A DNA stretch of 64,000 nucleotides from Obrimoposthia wandeli (Eukaryota). The notes below the pieces were generated by a model, which was not told where the DNA came from, ran no database searches, and was given only the letters and a program-made list of their open reading frames with translations. The translations under genes were made by a program, and so were the position numbers. The stretch is taken from assembly GCA_977020255.1 (NCBI GenBank), contig CDROCS010000465.1, positions 868,001-932,000 on the forward strand. The letters are read 5' to 3'. Below are positions 1 to 7,979 of the stretch, piece by piece (position 1 is the stretch's first letter; each line of letters starts with the position of its first letter).

Positions 1-873
1 TTGAACCCAAATAGATTTTATTAATGGAAGTTTATTTCCACCCACAAATATCGGTTCAGTAATACTTGTGTAAATATAAATCTGATTATACGCATTACTT
101 AGCTTTGCCCGATTAGATGCTCGGAAAACTTTATTAAGATTTTTAAAACTGTTTTCATTGAATCCTATAATTGTAGCTAAATTTTTATCCATATTTATTT
201 CTTTTACATGTGGTTTCAATTTAAACTCAATTATCTCCTTTTTAACATAAAAGCTTTCAAATATATTATCAATATTTTTCATTAAATATTGACAAAGACT
301 TTCAACATTGGAAAATAAGCAATCATTTTCGAATGCATACTGCTCACGTACATCCTCTTGATTATAATGATGCATCTTTAACTTTAATGTCGGTAAATCA
401 TATTTTTGATTTGGTAATTATGATTTATAAAACATACTTTCAATAGGAGCTTCTTTCATACCGTAACTTAATGCTAAACTTTTATTATCAATTTCTAAAT
501 TGAAAGCTTGTCCCGTAGTGCGAGTTATACAAATTTTGTTTTCGCCGCTAAGGTAAATAACATATTCACTATTAATTGGAGTTAAATACTTGACGAAAAA
601 TTCTCCATGTTTCATTTTCACACCAGCTTCAACTTCAGTTTTTATTCTTTTCTCCGCAACATAATCTATAATTGACCCTCCTTTAATGGATAGAGGAGAG
701 TAATTGAAAGAAAATTCCGTCAGAGCAGCTTCCCAATGCCCAGGTAAATTGATTGAGCTTTGATAATCAATACTAAAACTATTAGCAGTATTATTCGGCT
801 GAGTTAATGGTGAACCATTACTTGGTAATACAACATACATTGAGTTCATTCTATTTGAGAAGCTAATATCCAA
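1..873 (-). pseudogene. Polinton-type minor capsid protein (penton-like) with one in-frame stop
   Basis: N-terminal YVVLPSN...NTANSF...INLPGHWEAALTEFSF motif. After the TAA at 418-420 the same frame stays open to position 1 and reads ...LATIIGF...QIYIYTSITEPIFVGGNKLPLIKSI, resembling the conserved mCP C-terminal motif. Confidence 0.8.
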
Positions 874-1868
874 CTAGGTTCAGTATATCCATGCCACTTA
901 ACATGATATTGTTTATGCTTTCCTCTACCTTTTGTCTCTAAAATTTCTTGGATTCTATATACATTTGGTTTCTCAGGCAAGACTTGTAATTCCTCATGAT
1001 AAAATTTACCCGTGATTACATTATTGGTTTCATCCTCAATGAAATACATTACCGGCATACGTTTATTATCAATTTTAGTTATACGAAATACTTCATCGCT
1101 CCAATTCTCTTTGAAATTCTTTATAAAAGGAGTAGTACTAATTTGAGAAATACGTACATAATCACCAACTTTATACTTGGGTTTCGCGCAACTTGACTTT
1201 GGTTACGGCGTTGCCAAATTTCCATAGCATTCTCATCTGTAACATCAACGGGTCTCTTTCGGTCTAATGATGAGTATTCACTATGATTGTATGCATGTAT
1301 TATTTGAGGTAAAACAGAAACCCAGGACTTATTTCCCTGCTTTGTGAAATACTTTTTCAAACGATCTCTCAATGTTCGATTAAAACGTTCAACTAAAGCG
1401 GCTTTATATTGGGAAAATACTGAGTAATGATTAATATTATGTTTTTTCAATAGTGTTTCAACATGTTTATTATAAAACTCCTTTCCACTATCCGTTTGGA
1501 AATTTCTTGGTTTTATTTCTTTAATCAAAAGCTTCATTGCGGTTAAAACATCGGTACCAGACTTGGACTTTAATGGAATAGCTCGCGCGAATCTGCTAAA
1601 GACATCAACACAAGTTAAAATATATCGATATCCGTCGTTAATACTCGCATACGGAATCATTTCTATCAAATCTGCTTGCCATAAATCATTCGGGCCGCTC
1701 GTTTTGTATGATCTCGTTGGGACGTCTCATTGGTTTGTTTAAGCTGTAAGCTAATTGATTTCTCAACCACGCCTGAGTTTCCTGCTTTGTCTTCTTTGAC
1801 TCTTTTGCTAATTTTGAAACCCCTGTGTAACCAACGGGATGACTTGGATCGAACCATATTTTCTCCAT
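846..1868 (-). pseudogene. Maverick-type retroviral-like integrase (DDE) with C-terminal chromodomain, two frameshifts
   Basis: MEKIWFDPSHPVGYTGVSKL...AYSLNKPMRR, frameshift at ~1722, then PTRSYKTSGPNDLWQADL...QTDSGKEF...LVERFNRTL, frameshift at ~1180, then PKYKVGDYVRIS...NWSDEVF...FYHEELQ...YRIQEILETKGRGKHKQYHVKWHGY (chromodomain). Confidence 0.9.
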
Positions 1869-1965
1869 TGCAGCAAGACGATTTGATTTTTAAATTGAAT
1901 TTAGGAATAGATGGCAGTGATCCCATATATAAATTCATATTATTGATTCGAATTTATGTTTATAA

Positions 1966-2388
1966 TCATCGGTTTATTAGTCTACTAGCAAGTGCACCAA
2001 CTATTGAGCTAATAATTGGTACGAGAAATCCTAAAAATCCACCACTTTGCTTATAAAGCAACTTACGTTTACCGATTCGTGTTTTGGCATGAAACAAAGC
2101 AAGTAGAGGTTTCTTATGCCGATTCAGGTTAGCCTTGACAATTATTTTACCAGAAACTATTTTCTGTATCATATTAAGTAAATCATCAATTACAAAAGTA
2201 GGGAATGATTTAAGAATAGCTGGGCGGCGAATAGCAGGTGCACGCATGAGAGAATTGAAATAGGCAATACTCCTAGATTTCTTAACAACAGTTCTTTTCG
2301 ATTTTTGAGCAACCATTTTCTTTCCACTTAAAACTGATTTAATCAATTTTTTAACTTCGGGTTTAACAGTTTCCTTTTTAAAATTCAT
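1966..2388 (-). CDS. Basic (K/R-rich) Polinton core-like protein ending in QSGG plus an amphipathic hydrophobic tail
   Basis: Intact 140-aa ORF, lysine/arginine-rich, C-terminus KQSGGFLGFLVPIISSIVGALASRL. Its ATG overlaps the ATPase stop (ATGA). Confidence 0.7.
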   Translation of the reverse strand: MNFKKETVKPEVKKLIKSVLSGKKMVAQKSKRTVVKKSRSIAYFNSLMRAPAIRRPAILKSFPTFVIDDLLNMIQKIVSGKIIVKANLNRHKKPLLALFHAKTRIGKRKLLYKQSGGFLGFLVPIISSIVGALASRLINR

Positions 2389-3035
2389 CTTCTCAAAACT
2401 GGTTTCTTTGTTTGTTTATAGACGGTTATTCCCGATGGATTGAATACATCAGTTCTAACTCTAAAGTCATCGGGACAATCTTGAGTAAAATCAATAAAAA
2501 TGTATCCATGAGGAATAGTAGTTGCATCTTGAAATGAATCAATTAAAAACTTTCTATTATTCGGGTAAGCTTGTCTTGAAACAAAATCAACAACCGTCTG
2601 ATCACGTGGATTCTTGAAGTGAACAAGGTAATGTACATTTAAATTACGAGTTCTATGGTTCCCTCCTTGATGAAATAGATTTTGTGTGATGAAAATAACA
2701 GTTACTTCCCGATGTCGTGCTATTTTAGTGAATAAATTATTGAAATCACTCTCTTTATTTGCTTCTTGATATAAGTCATCAATAACAATAACATCATGTC
2801 GCTGTAATCGCTCAGACCAATTATCATCGAATCCATTAATGACTTTTATATTTTTGATTTTCTTAAACTCTTTACTGGTTAAACCAGCTTCTCCATCTCC
2901 TCCCTGATGCCAGTATATTTTATTAAACTTAGAACTAAAGTATTTATTATTTTGCAGTAATTTACATACAAAGTGTGTTTTCCCACTACCACTAGGACCT
3001 ACAATCTGAAAAACTGAATTATTTTTTAAGTTCAT
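2385..3035 (-). CDS. FtsK/A32-like DNA packaging ATPase
   Basis: Intact 216 aa: Walker A GPSGSGKT, Walker B VIVIDDL, ARHR arginine motif, ITQNLF sensor. Confidence 0.92.
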   Translation of the reverse strand: MNLKNNSVFQIVGPSGSGKTHFVCKLLQNNKYFSSKFNKIYWHQGGDGEAGLTSKEFKKIKNIKVINGFDDNWSERLQRHDVIVIDDLYQEANKESDFNNLFTKIARHREVTVIFITQNLFHQGGNHRTRNLNVHYLVHFKNPRDQTVVDFVSRQAYPNNRKFLIDSFQDATTIPHGYIFIDFTQDCPDDFRVRTDVFNPSGITVYKQTKKPVLRR

Positions 3036-3078
3036 ATTAAAAATATTAGATTATCGGGATAATGTTTATAAGACAAAA

Positions 3079-3357
3079 CTATTTAAAATATTTTATTACG
3101 AAACATCCAGCAACAAACAATAAAAAACTCTTCTCGTAGAAAAAGCTCCTTTTCTCTTCTTTGTTTGCGAGTTTCTTCTGATTGTATCCCTGAATGAGAA
3201 GATTGACTGCCTTGTCGTGCACCATTCTTCTTACGTGCTCCTCCAGGGGTAGATTTGAGACATCAATGAGTTGCAGGACATCTGGTTCTATGACATTCTT
3301 CGAGATGAAGCTCTTCACCGCCTTGTCAACATCTTGTTTGAAATAGTTTTTAGACAT
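3079..3357 (-). CDS. Small hypothetical protein with a C-terminal hydrophobic anchor (probable start MSKNYF)
   Basis: Open frame ending SFLLFVAGCFVIKYFK. A CATATAAG box lies ~31 nt upstream of the ATG at 3357. The upstream extension to 3456 is a short tandem repeat. Confidence 0.5.
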   Translation of the reverse strand: MSKNYFKQDVDKAVKSFISKNVIEPDVLQLIDVSNLPLEEHVRRMVHDKAVNLLIQGYNQKKLANKEEKRSFFYEKSFLLFVAGCFVIKYFK

Positions 3358-3427
3358 AATGATGATGAAGAAGTAAAAGGTAATCTGCTTATATGCTATA
3401 CATCTGAAATCTGATTGGTTAATAAAT

Positions 3428-3500
3428 ACACTGACTAATAAAGACACTAAAGACACTGACTAATAAAGACACTGATTAATAAAAACACTGATTAAAGATA
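3428..3500. repeat. Short imperfect tandem repeat (ACACTGA(C/T)TAATAAAG-like units)
   Basis: Four to five adjacent related units are visible. Confidence 0.7.
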
Positions 3501-3514
3501 AAGACGAATAAAAT

Positions 3515-4259
3515 TTACACATGATAACGATTAAAAATACGTATTTGATGAAGCATAGCTTCATTAGGAGCAGCAATAGTCCGTTTAGCTTTAACAAGAT
3601 TCGAAGCAGCAGTAACACTAATCGAATGAGATAAAAATGCAATAACAATGCAAGCAGCATGTAAACTACCATAATGACCACATACTAAAATCTTACCACC
3701 ATTTTCGATAGTTTCTTTAATTATATTATTAGTCTGTTTATAATACTTCATTATTGCTTCTTCTAATTTTGAGTTTACAAAGACAGAAGTATATTTTAAT
3801 TTCTTATAAGATATTTTATTCAGTATAGATGTATTGATTACATGAGTGAAATTGGAATTCTAAAGATTAGTTTCATCAAACCCATCTCTATAATTACCAA
3901 TATATAATTGATTTACTAAAATCTCACTCATCGCTGTTTTGTTTAACTTTTCTAAATTAAGTTGAGTAAATCTAGCACTAAACAAACTATCAAAAAGATG
4001 GGTCATGTGGTTCATTTCTATACTCGAAGCATGAGCTATTATGGGTTCCATAAAAGCCAAAGCATTTAAAAAAATCTATCCGTCTCTTATCTTCAATAAT
4101 TGGATCTATAATAATTTCTTCTTCTATCGTCACTTCATCAATAGTTTCTTCTCTTCTTATAACTGTTGTTGTTGTTGCTGATGGTGATGATGGTGATGAT
4201 GTTGCTGGCGATGTTGCTGGCGATGATGTTGCTTCTGGTGCTGAATTGATTTTCTCCAT
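3515..4259 (-). pseudogene. Dual-specificity phosphatase-fold protein with a non-catalytic P-loop and S/T/P-rich N-terminus; one in-frame stop and a probable frameshift
   Basis: SEILVNQLYIGNY...THVIN...GGKILVCGHYGSLHAACIVIAFL...RTIAAPNEAMLHQI matches the DSP layout. The TAG at 3860-3862 is in frame with ORF 3515-3751. ORF 3990-4259 likely joins by a slip in the T run near 4070. Confidence 0.7.
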
Positions 4260-4292
4260 TTTATCAATTCCGAGTCAATTTAGTCTTATATA

Positions 4293-4551
4293 TTAAACAA
4301 GGTTAGATTTCATTGGAGCATCAGTTTCATCATATGATTTGATTGGAGTATTATTCAATCTTTCCATTGTACTTAACATCTCATGTAAATGTAGTTGATG
4401 ACGTAACCTAAAGAGTTAAATAAACTACATATAAATATTACTCATGATTATTTTTCCTAATTAAAGCATTGAGAATAACTGAAGCAAGATCTTTTAATGC
4501 ATCCTGAACCTCTTTACATTCAATAATTTCATCCATTTTATGATAAAGCAT
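4293..4551 (-). CDS. Small hypothetical helical protein with a predicted 34-nt GT-AG intron (4408-4441); start at 4551 or 4536
   Basis: MLYHKMDEIIECKEVQDALKDLASVILNALIRKNNHE hits a stop unless the intron is removed; spliced, it continues LRHQLHLHEMLSTMERLNNTPIKSYDETDAPMKSNLV*. TATAAACA lies 25 nt upstream of the ATG at 4536. Confidence 0.5.
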
Positions 4552-4574
4552 ATCAAATATTGTTTATAACCCAT

Positions 4575-4660
4575 GAAAAATCTATTTTTAGACCACAACT
4601 ATTTGCAACATTACAACGTTTGCAACTATTTGCAAGTAATGACATGTGATGTCTTTGTCT
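4575..4660. promoter_or_regulatory. Regulatory module, copy 1 (second copy at 6316-6386)
   Basis: GAAAATCTATTTTTAGACCAC...AACTATTTGCAAC...GCAAGTAATGACATGTGATGTCTTTGTC is shared almost exactly by two intergenic regions of the element. Confidence 0.6.
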
Positions 4661-4699
4661 CTAAGAGAAATCTATTTTTAAAACTATTTGGTTTAGGAA

Positions 4700-5207
4700 A
4701 TAAATAACACAAGTGTGAAGATTTATATTAAACAAAATACATTCAATCAGATACTCATAGTTTAAAGATTTAACACCGAGTATCATAATCTTCCCGCTAG
4801 CAAAAATGTTCACGCATAGGGGATTGTATTTGACGTATCGAAGTCAGGGAAGATTTCTGGCTCGTAAACAGCTTCCGATCCCATACTCTTGCTCATCTTG
4901 TTTAGGTTTATTGATGTTTCTAGATTGCTGCTGAGACTGATAGATTGGATTCTTTCGATTTTTATATCAAAAGGAAGACTGCTTTCATCCAGCACTGTTT
5001 TGCAACCCATTATTCTGCATGTACCTAAATTATAATTATATATAAATGTAAAAATAAATTACCAGATTTGAAAATGATAATAGTGTAACCTTCACACTTG
5101 AGTCGATACTGATGAGGCTTCGAAGTCCGAAATGGTAAGTGTTGAATGTTACTTACAACCATTCCCTTGTAATTAATATTCACTAATTTGATATTGTGAA
5201 GTAGCAT
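4700..5207 (-). pseudogene. TATA-binding protein (TBP)-like gene, two repeats, 38-nt intron (5025-5062), one frameshift near 4845
   Basis: IKLVNINYKG...TIIIFKSG|TCRIMGCK...IQSISLSSNL...INLNKM...YEPEIFP, frameshift, LRYVKYNPLCVNIFASGKIMILGVKS. These parallel the TBP motifs LIFxSGKxVxTGAK and YEPELFPGL. The 3' end is approximate. Confidence 0.8.
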
Positions 5208-5270
5208 TTCTGATTATTATAAACGGATTTCTTCTATTTATACAATTTGAACATCTATTTTTAGATTTGC

Positions 5271-6272
5271 TTAATTGCCTATGCTATGAAATCTAATATT
5301 TCTTACTCGTCTAATGATAATTGTCTTGCAATATGGACATGTAATAAAACGATCTGAACATTTAATACACGTGTTTAAGTGACCGCATGGTAAAAATGCC
5401 ACGGAAATCGCATCGCTCATGCAAACAACACATTCGGGATTTGGTAAGAGGTACTCGAGATAATTTATCCGATGTTTTGGTTCAGATTTTATTTCTAAAG
5501 ACCTTACATCCGTTATAAACTCATATATAGAATCATATTTGTTACCGAATGTTTTAAACCTATTAACTAAAACGGCTTTGATTCTATCATGACTGTAATC
5601 ACGTTTCAGCAAAACTATTTGACGAGTTTCCATCTGAGCATCAATTTCATCATTACTAATATGATATTCAACAATACATCCGTTCTTGATTCCCATACTA
5701 GATGCTTTACAATCTCGAGTATGAAAGATTCTTTCGGGCATAGTATCAATAAGGTCAAGTCGGGGTACTGCTTTCCGACAGAAACAACATCGATAAGAAT
5801 CATTCCAAATATATACATGATCGAAAATCGATAATGTAGGTATTTCAATATCATTAGAATAATTATTGCGCACAATAACTACTTTATCCATTGGAGTTGT
5901 ATCAAAATCAATTTGGGTGGTGTTGGAATCAATTATTGGTACGTTTGAAACATTCATTTTCAAAAAAAACGGGCATCTTGGGAAAAATAGCTGATGCTGT
6001 TTCATTGGTTTCAGATAGTACTCCCATCCCGATATTCCTCCCTGACAGTAAATACACTTTACATTATCTTTCGAATCATCGTGCTTGTAAAATCCTGCTT
6101 TTGCTAAAGCTTTCTTATCGGCTAAACCAGTAAACTTTGCTTGTAACGATTCTAATCTTCTTTCTTCATATATCATATTTTCATTTATTCTTGAAATATT
6201 ATCAAAACGCCGTCGTCTAATGGTGAGTTCTCCGTTTTCTGAAACATAATGTGCAATAAATTTAGTAGTCAT
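5271..6272 (-). CDS. Inhibitor of apoptosis (IAP): BIR domain, degenerate second BIR-like region, C-terminal RING
   Basis: Intact 333 aa. RRLES...LAKAGFY...VKCIYCQGGISGW...QHQLFFPRCPF (BIR); CVVCMSDAISVAFLPCGHLNTCIKCSDRFITCPYC (RING). TATATAAG lies 29 nt upstream. Confidence 0.92.
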   Translation of the reverse strand: MTTKFIAHYVSENGELTIRRRRFDNISRINENMIYEERRLESLQAKFTGLADKKALAKAGFYKHDDSKDNVKCIYCQGGISGWEYYLKPMKQHQLFFPRCPFFLKMNVSNVPIIDSNTTQIDFDTTPMDKVVIVRNNYSNDIEIPTLSIFDHVYIWNDSYRCCFCRKAVPRLDLIDTMPERIFHTRDCKASSMGIKNGCIVEYHISNDEIDAQMETRQIVLLKRDYSHDRIKAVLVNRFKTFGNKYDSIYEFITDVRSLEIKSEPKHRINYLEYLLPNPECVVCMSDAISVAFLPCGHLNTCIKCSDRFITCPYCKTIIIRRVRNIRFHSIGN

Positions 6273-6315
6273 AACAAAATTGAATGATGAAATTGTCTAG
6301 CTTATATAGTAAGTG

Positions 6316-6398
6316 AAAATCTATTTTTAGACCACATTACAACTATTTGCAACTTTTCGCAAGTAATGACATGTGATGTCTTTGTCTTAGTATAAACA
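6316..6398. promoter_or_regulatory. Regulatory module, copy 2, in the divergent promoter between the IAP and the + strand ORFs, ending in TATAAACA
   Basis: Near-identical to 4575-4660; flanked by TATATAAG (minus strand, 6301-6308) and TATAAACA (plus strand, 6391-6398). Confidence 0.6.
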
Positions 6399-6424
6399 AT
6401 ATTTTGATAATGATTTTATTGAAA

Positions 6425-6625
6425 ATGGATAATCAAAATAATCAAAATAATGAAAGTAGAGCTAGTACATATATAGGTTCTGGTAGTAATTTATATTCTA
6501 ATATGAATTATAATAGAAATAATCAGAGAGAAAATATTAATCCATCAAGTCAAACAATAACAAGTCCTACGCGCGTAACCGAAGAACGTGAGCCCTTTAA
6601 GGATATGACTAATACTAGACGATAA
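6425..6625 (+). CDS. Hypothetical N/S-rich protein; may extend to ~6713 through a frameshift
   Basis: Open frame MDNQNNQNNESRASTY..., ATG 27 nt after TATAAACA. Another frame is open from ~6618 to 6713. Confidence 0.4.
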   Translation: MDNQNNQNNESRASTYIGSGSNLYSNMNYNRNNQRENINPSSQTITSPTRVTEEREPFKDMTNTRR

Positions 6626-6738
6626 ACAAGAATGTTAACCAATTGAGACTAATCGATTTTCATAAACAAGAATATCGACCAATTAGAATCGAGCTTTGGA
6701 GGATAAACAATTGAATATTTCAATTTATAATTGTCAAT

Positions 6739-7128
6739 ATGAATTTCGAAAAGCTATATCAACCTATGCATACATATTATGGATATGAGATGCACTTTTT
6801 GAAGAAAGCTCATAACTATAATTTTATTTTTCCTGTCAACATCGAGCCGCTTAAATTTGATTTTGAAATATCAAATTTGACTTCTGAGGATAAAGAGAGA
6901 ATCAATATTCTCTTGACTCAATTCGGAATCAACTATGCGCTTCAGTAAAACAAATTCGTAATCAAAGGATCAACTGCCACTTTCAAGCATGAGAATGGAA
7001 CAATATACGAAGCACCTCCTCCTAAGCTAGAATGGATTCTCTCAATCAGAATTCAAGGATGCAAGATCGGGCCCAGTGGATTGGAAACTCCGATATGGAA
7101 AATAATTGATACTGTTAGAGTTGACTAA
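6739..7128 (+). pseudogene. Hypothetical ~129-aa protein with one in-frame stop (6946-6948)
   Basis: The frame stays open after the TAA: NKFVIKGSTATF...LEWILSIRIQGCKIGPSGLETPIWKIIDTVRVD*. An AATAAA overlaps the final stop. Confidence 0.55.
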
Positions 7129-7195
7129 TAAATTTTTGTGTCTTTATTTGTATTATTTTATATATATAAACAATAGTGATACTTTAATATTTATT

Positions 7196-7560
7196 ATGAA
7201 AATGACTAAAAAACCTACTAAATCATTAAAGACTAAGGTTAAAAAGACTATGAGTAAAAGACTATGAGTAAAAAGAAAATCATGGAGGGTTTGGGTATTC
7301 ATATGATGGCAGCAAATCTTTTAGGTAGATGGTTTGGTGGAGTTGATAAAAATGCTATAAAGCACAAAAAGAATGTGGATTATTTGAGAGGTATACAAAA
7401 TCAGAAAAGAGTGCAAAAAGGGGATGGTATACAAAAAGGGGATGGTATGCTTGATATTTTTGTAAAATTAGATAAACTTACAAAAGCATTTGAAAAGGAT
7501 CCTAGTGCCTATCTTGGTCCAAAACTAAACTTTTTAGCAAACCAACCAAAAACTTTGTAA
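7196..7560 (+). pseudogene. Lysine-rich core-like protein with xxGxG motifs; a 14-bp tandem duplication at ~7245-7272 breaks the N-terminus
   Basis: Removing one copy of the duplicated 14-mer (AAGACTATGAGTAA) gives MKMTKKPTKSLKTKVKKTMSKKKIMEGLG...QKGDGIQKGDG. TATAAACA lies 24 nt upstream of 7196. Confidence 0.6.
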
Positions 7561-7601
7561 TTACATTGCAATATAGATGCAGAGTGTCTTTGTTAGACAC
7601 T

Positions 7602-7606
<5 letters not shown>

Positions 7607-7648
<42 letters not shown>
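7607..7648. repeat. (TA)n microsatellite
   Basis: Uninterrupted AT run. Confidence 0.95.
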
Positions 7649-7652
<4 letters not shown>

Positions 7653-7979
7653 AAGAATAAATGTTACTATTGATTACATAAATATGCAAGTATTTGCAAT
7701 ATAGATGCAGTACGTGACTGTCTTTGTTAGATAGATATAGGAACGTTTAAACATGATTATCAAATTATATAATACTTTATTTTATAAGTAGATAGTTTAA
7801 TTTAATTTAATTTAAATAAATTTATCAAATTATATAATACTTTATTTTATAAGTAGATAATTTAATTTAAATTATAAAACACACACACACACTAGATGTA
7901 TTTTAATGAATTGGTGTTAATACAGTCTTTAGATAAAAAGATATATAGATTTAAAGAATGTTACTAAAAATAGAATATT

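Noticed and set aside
418-420. Programmed readthrough of the stop in the minor capsid gene
   Set aside because: Neighbouring genes carry similar single lesions, so decay is the simpler explanation.
996-2056. + strand ORFs 996-1196 and 1730-2056
   Set aside because: Antisense shadows of the integrase and core genes, with no motifs.
5589-6133. ORFs 5589-5834, 5615-5875 and 5891-6133
   Set aside because: Alternative-frame or antisense overlaps of the intact IAP.
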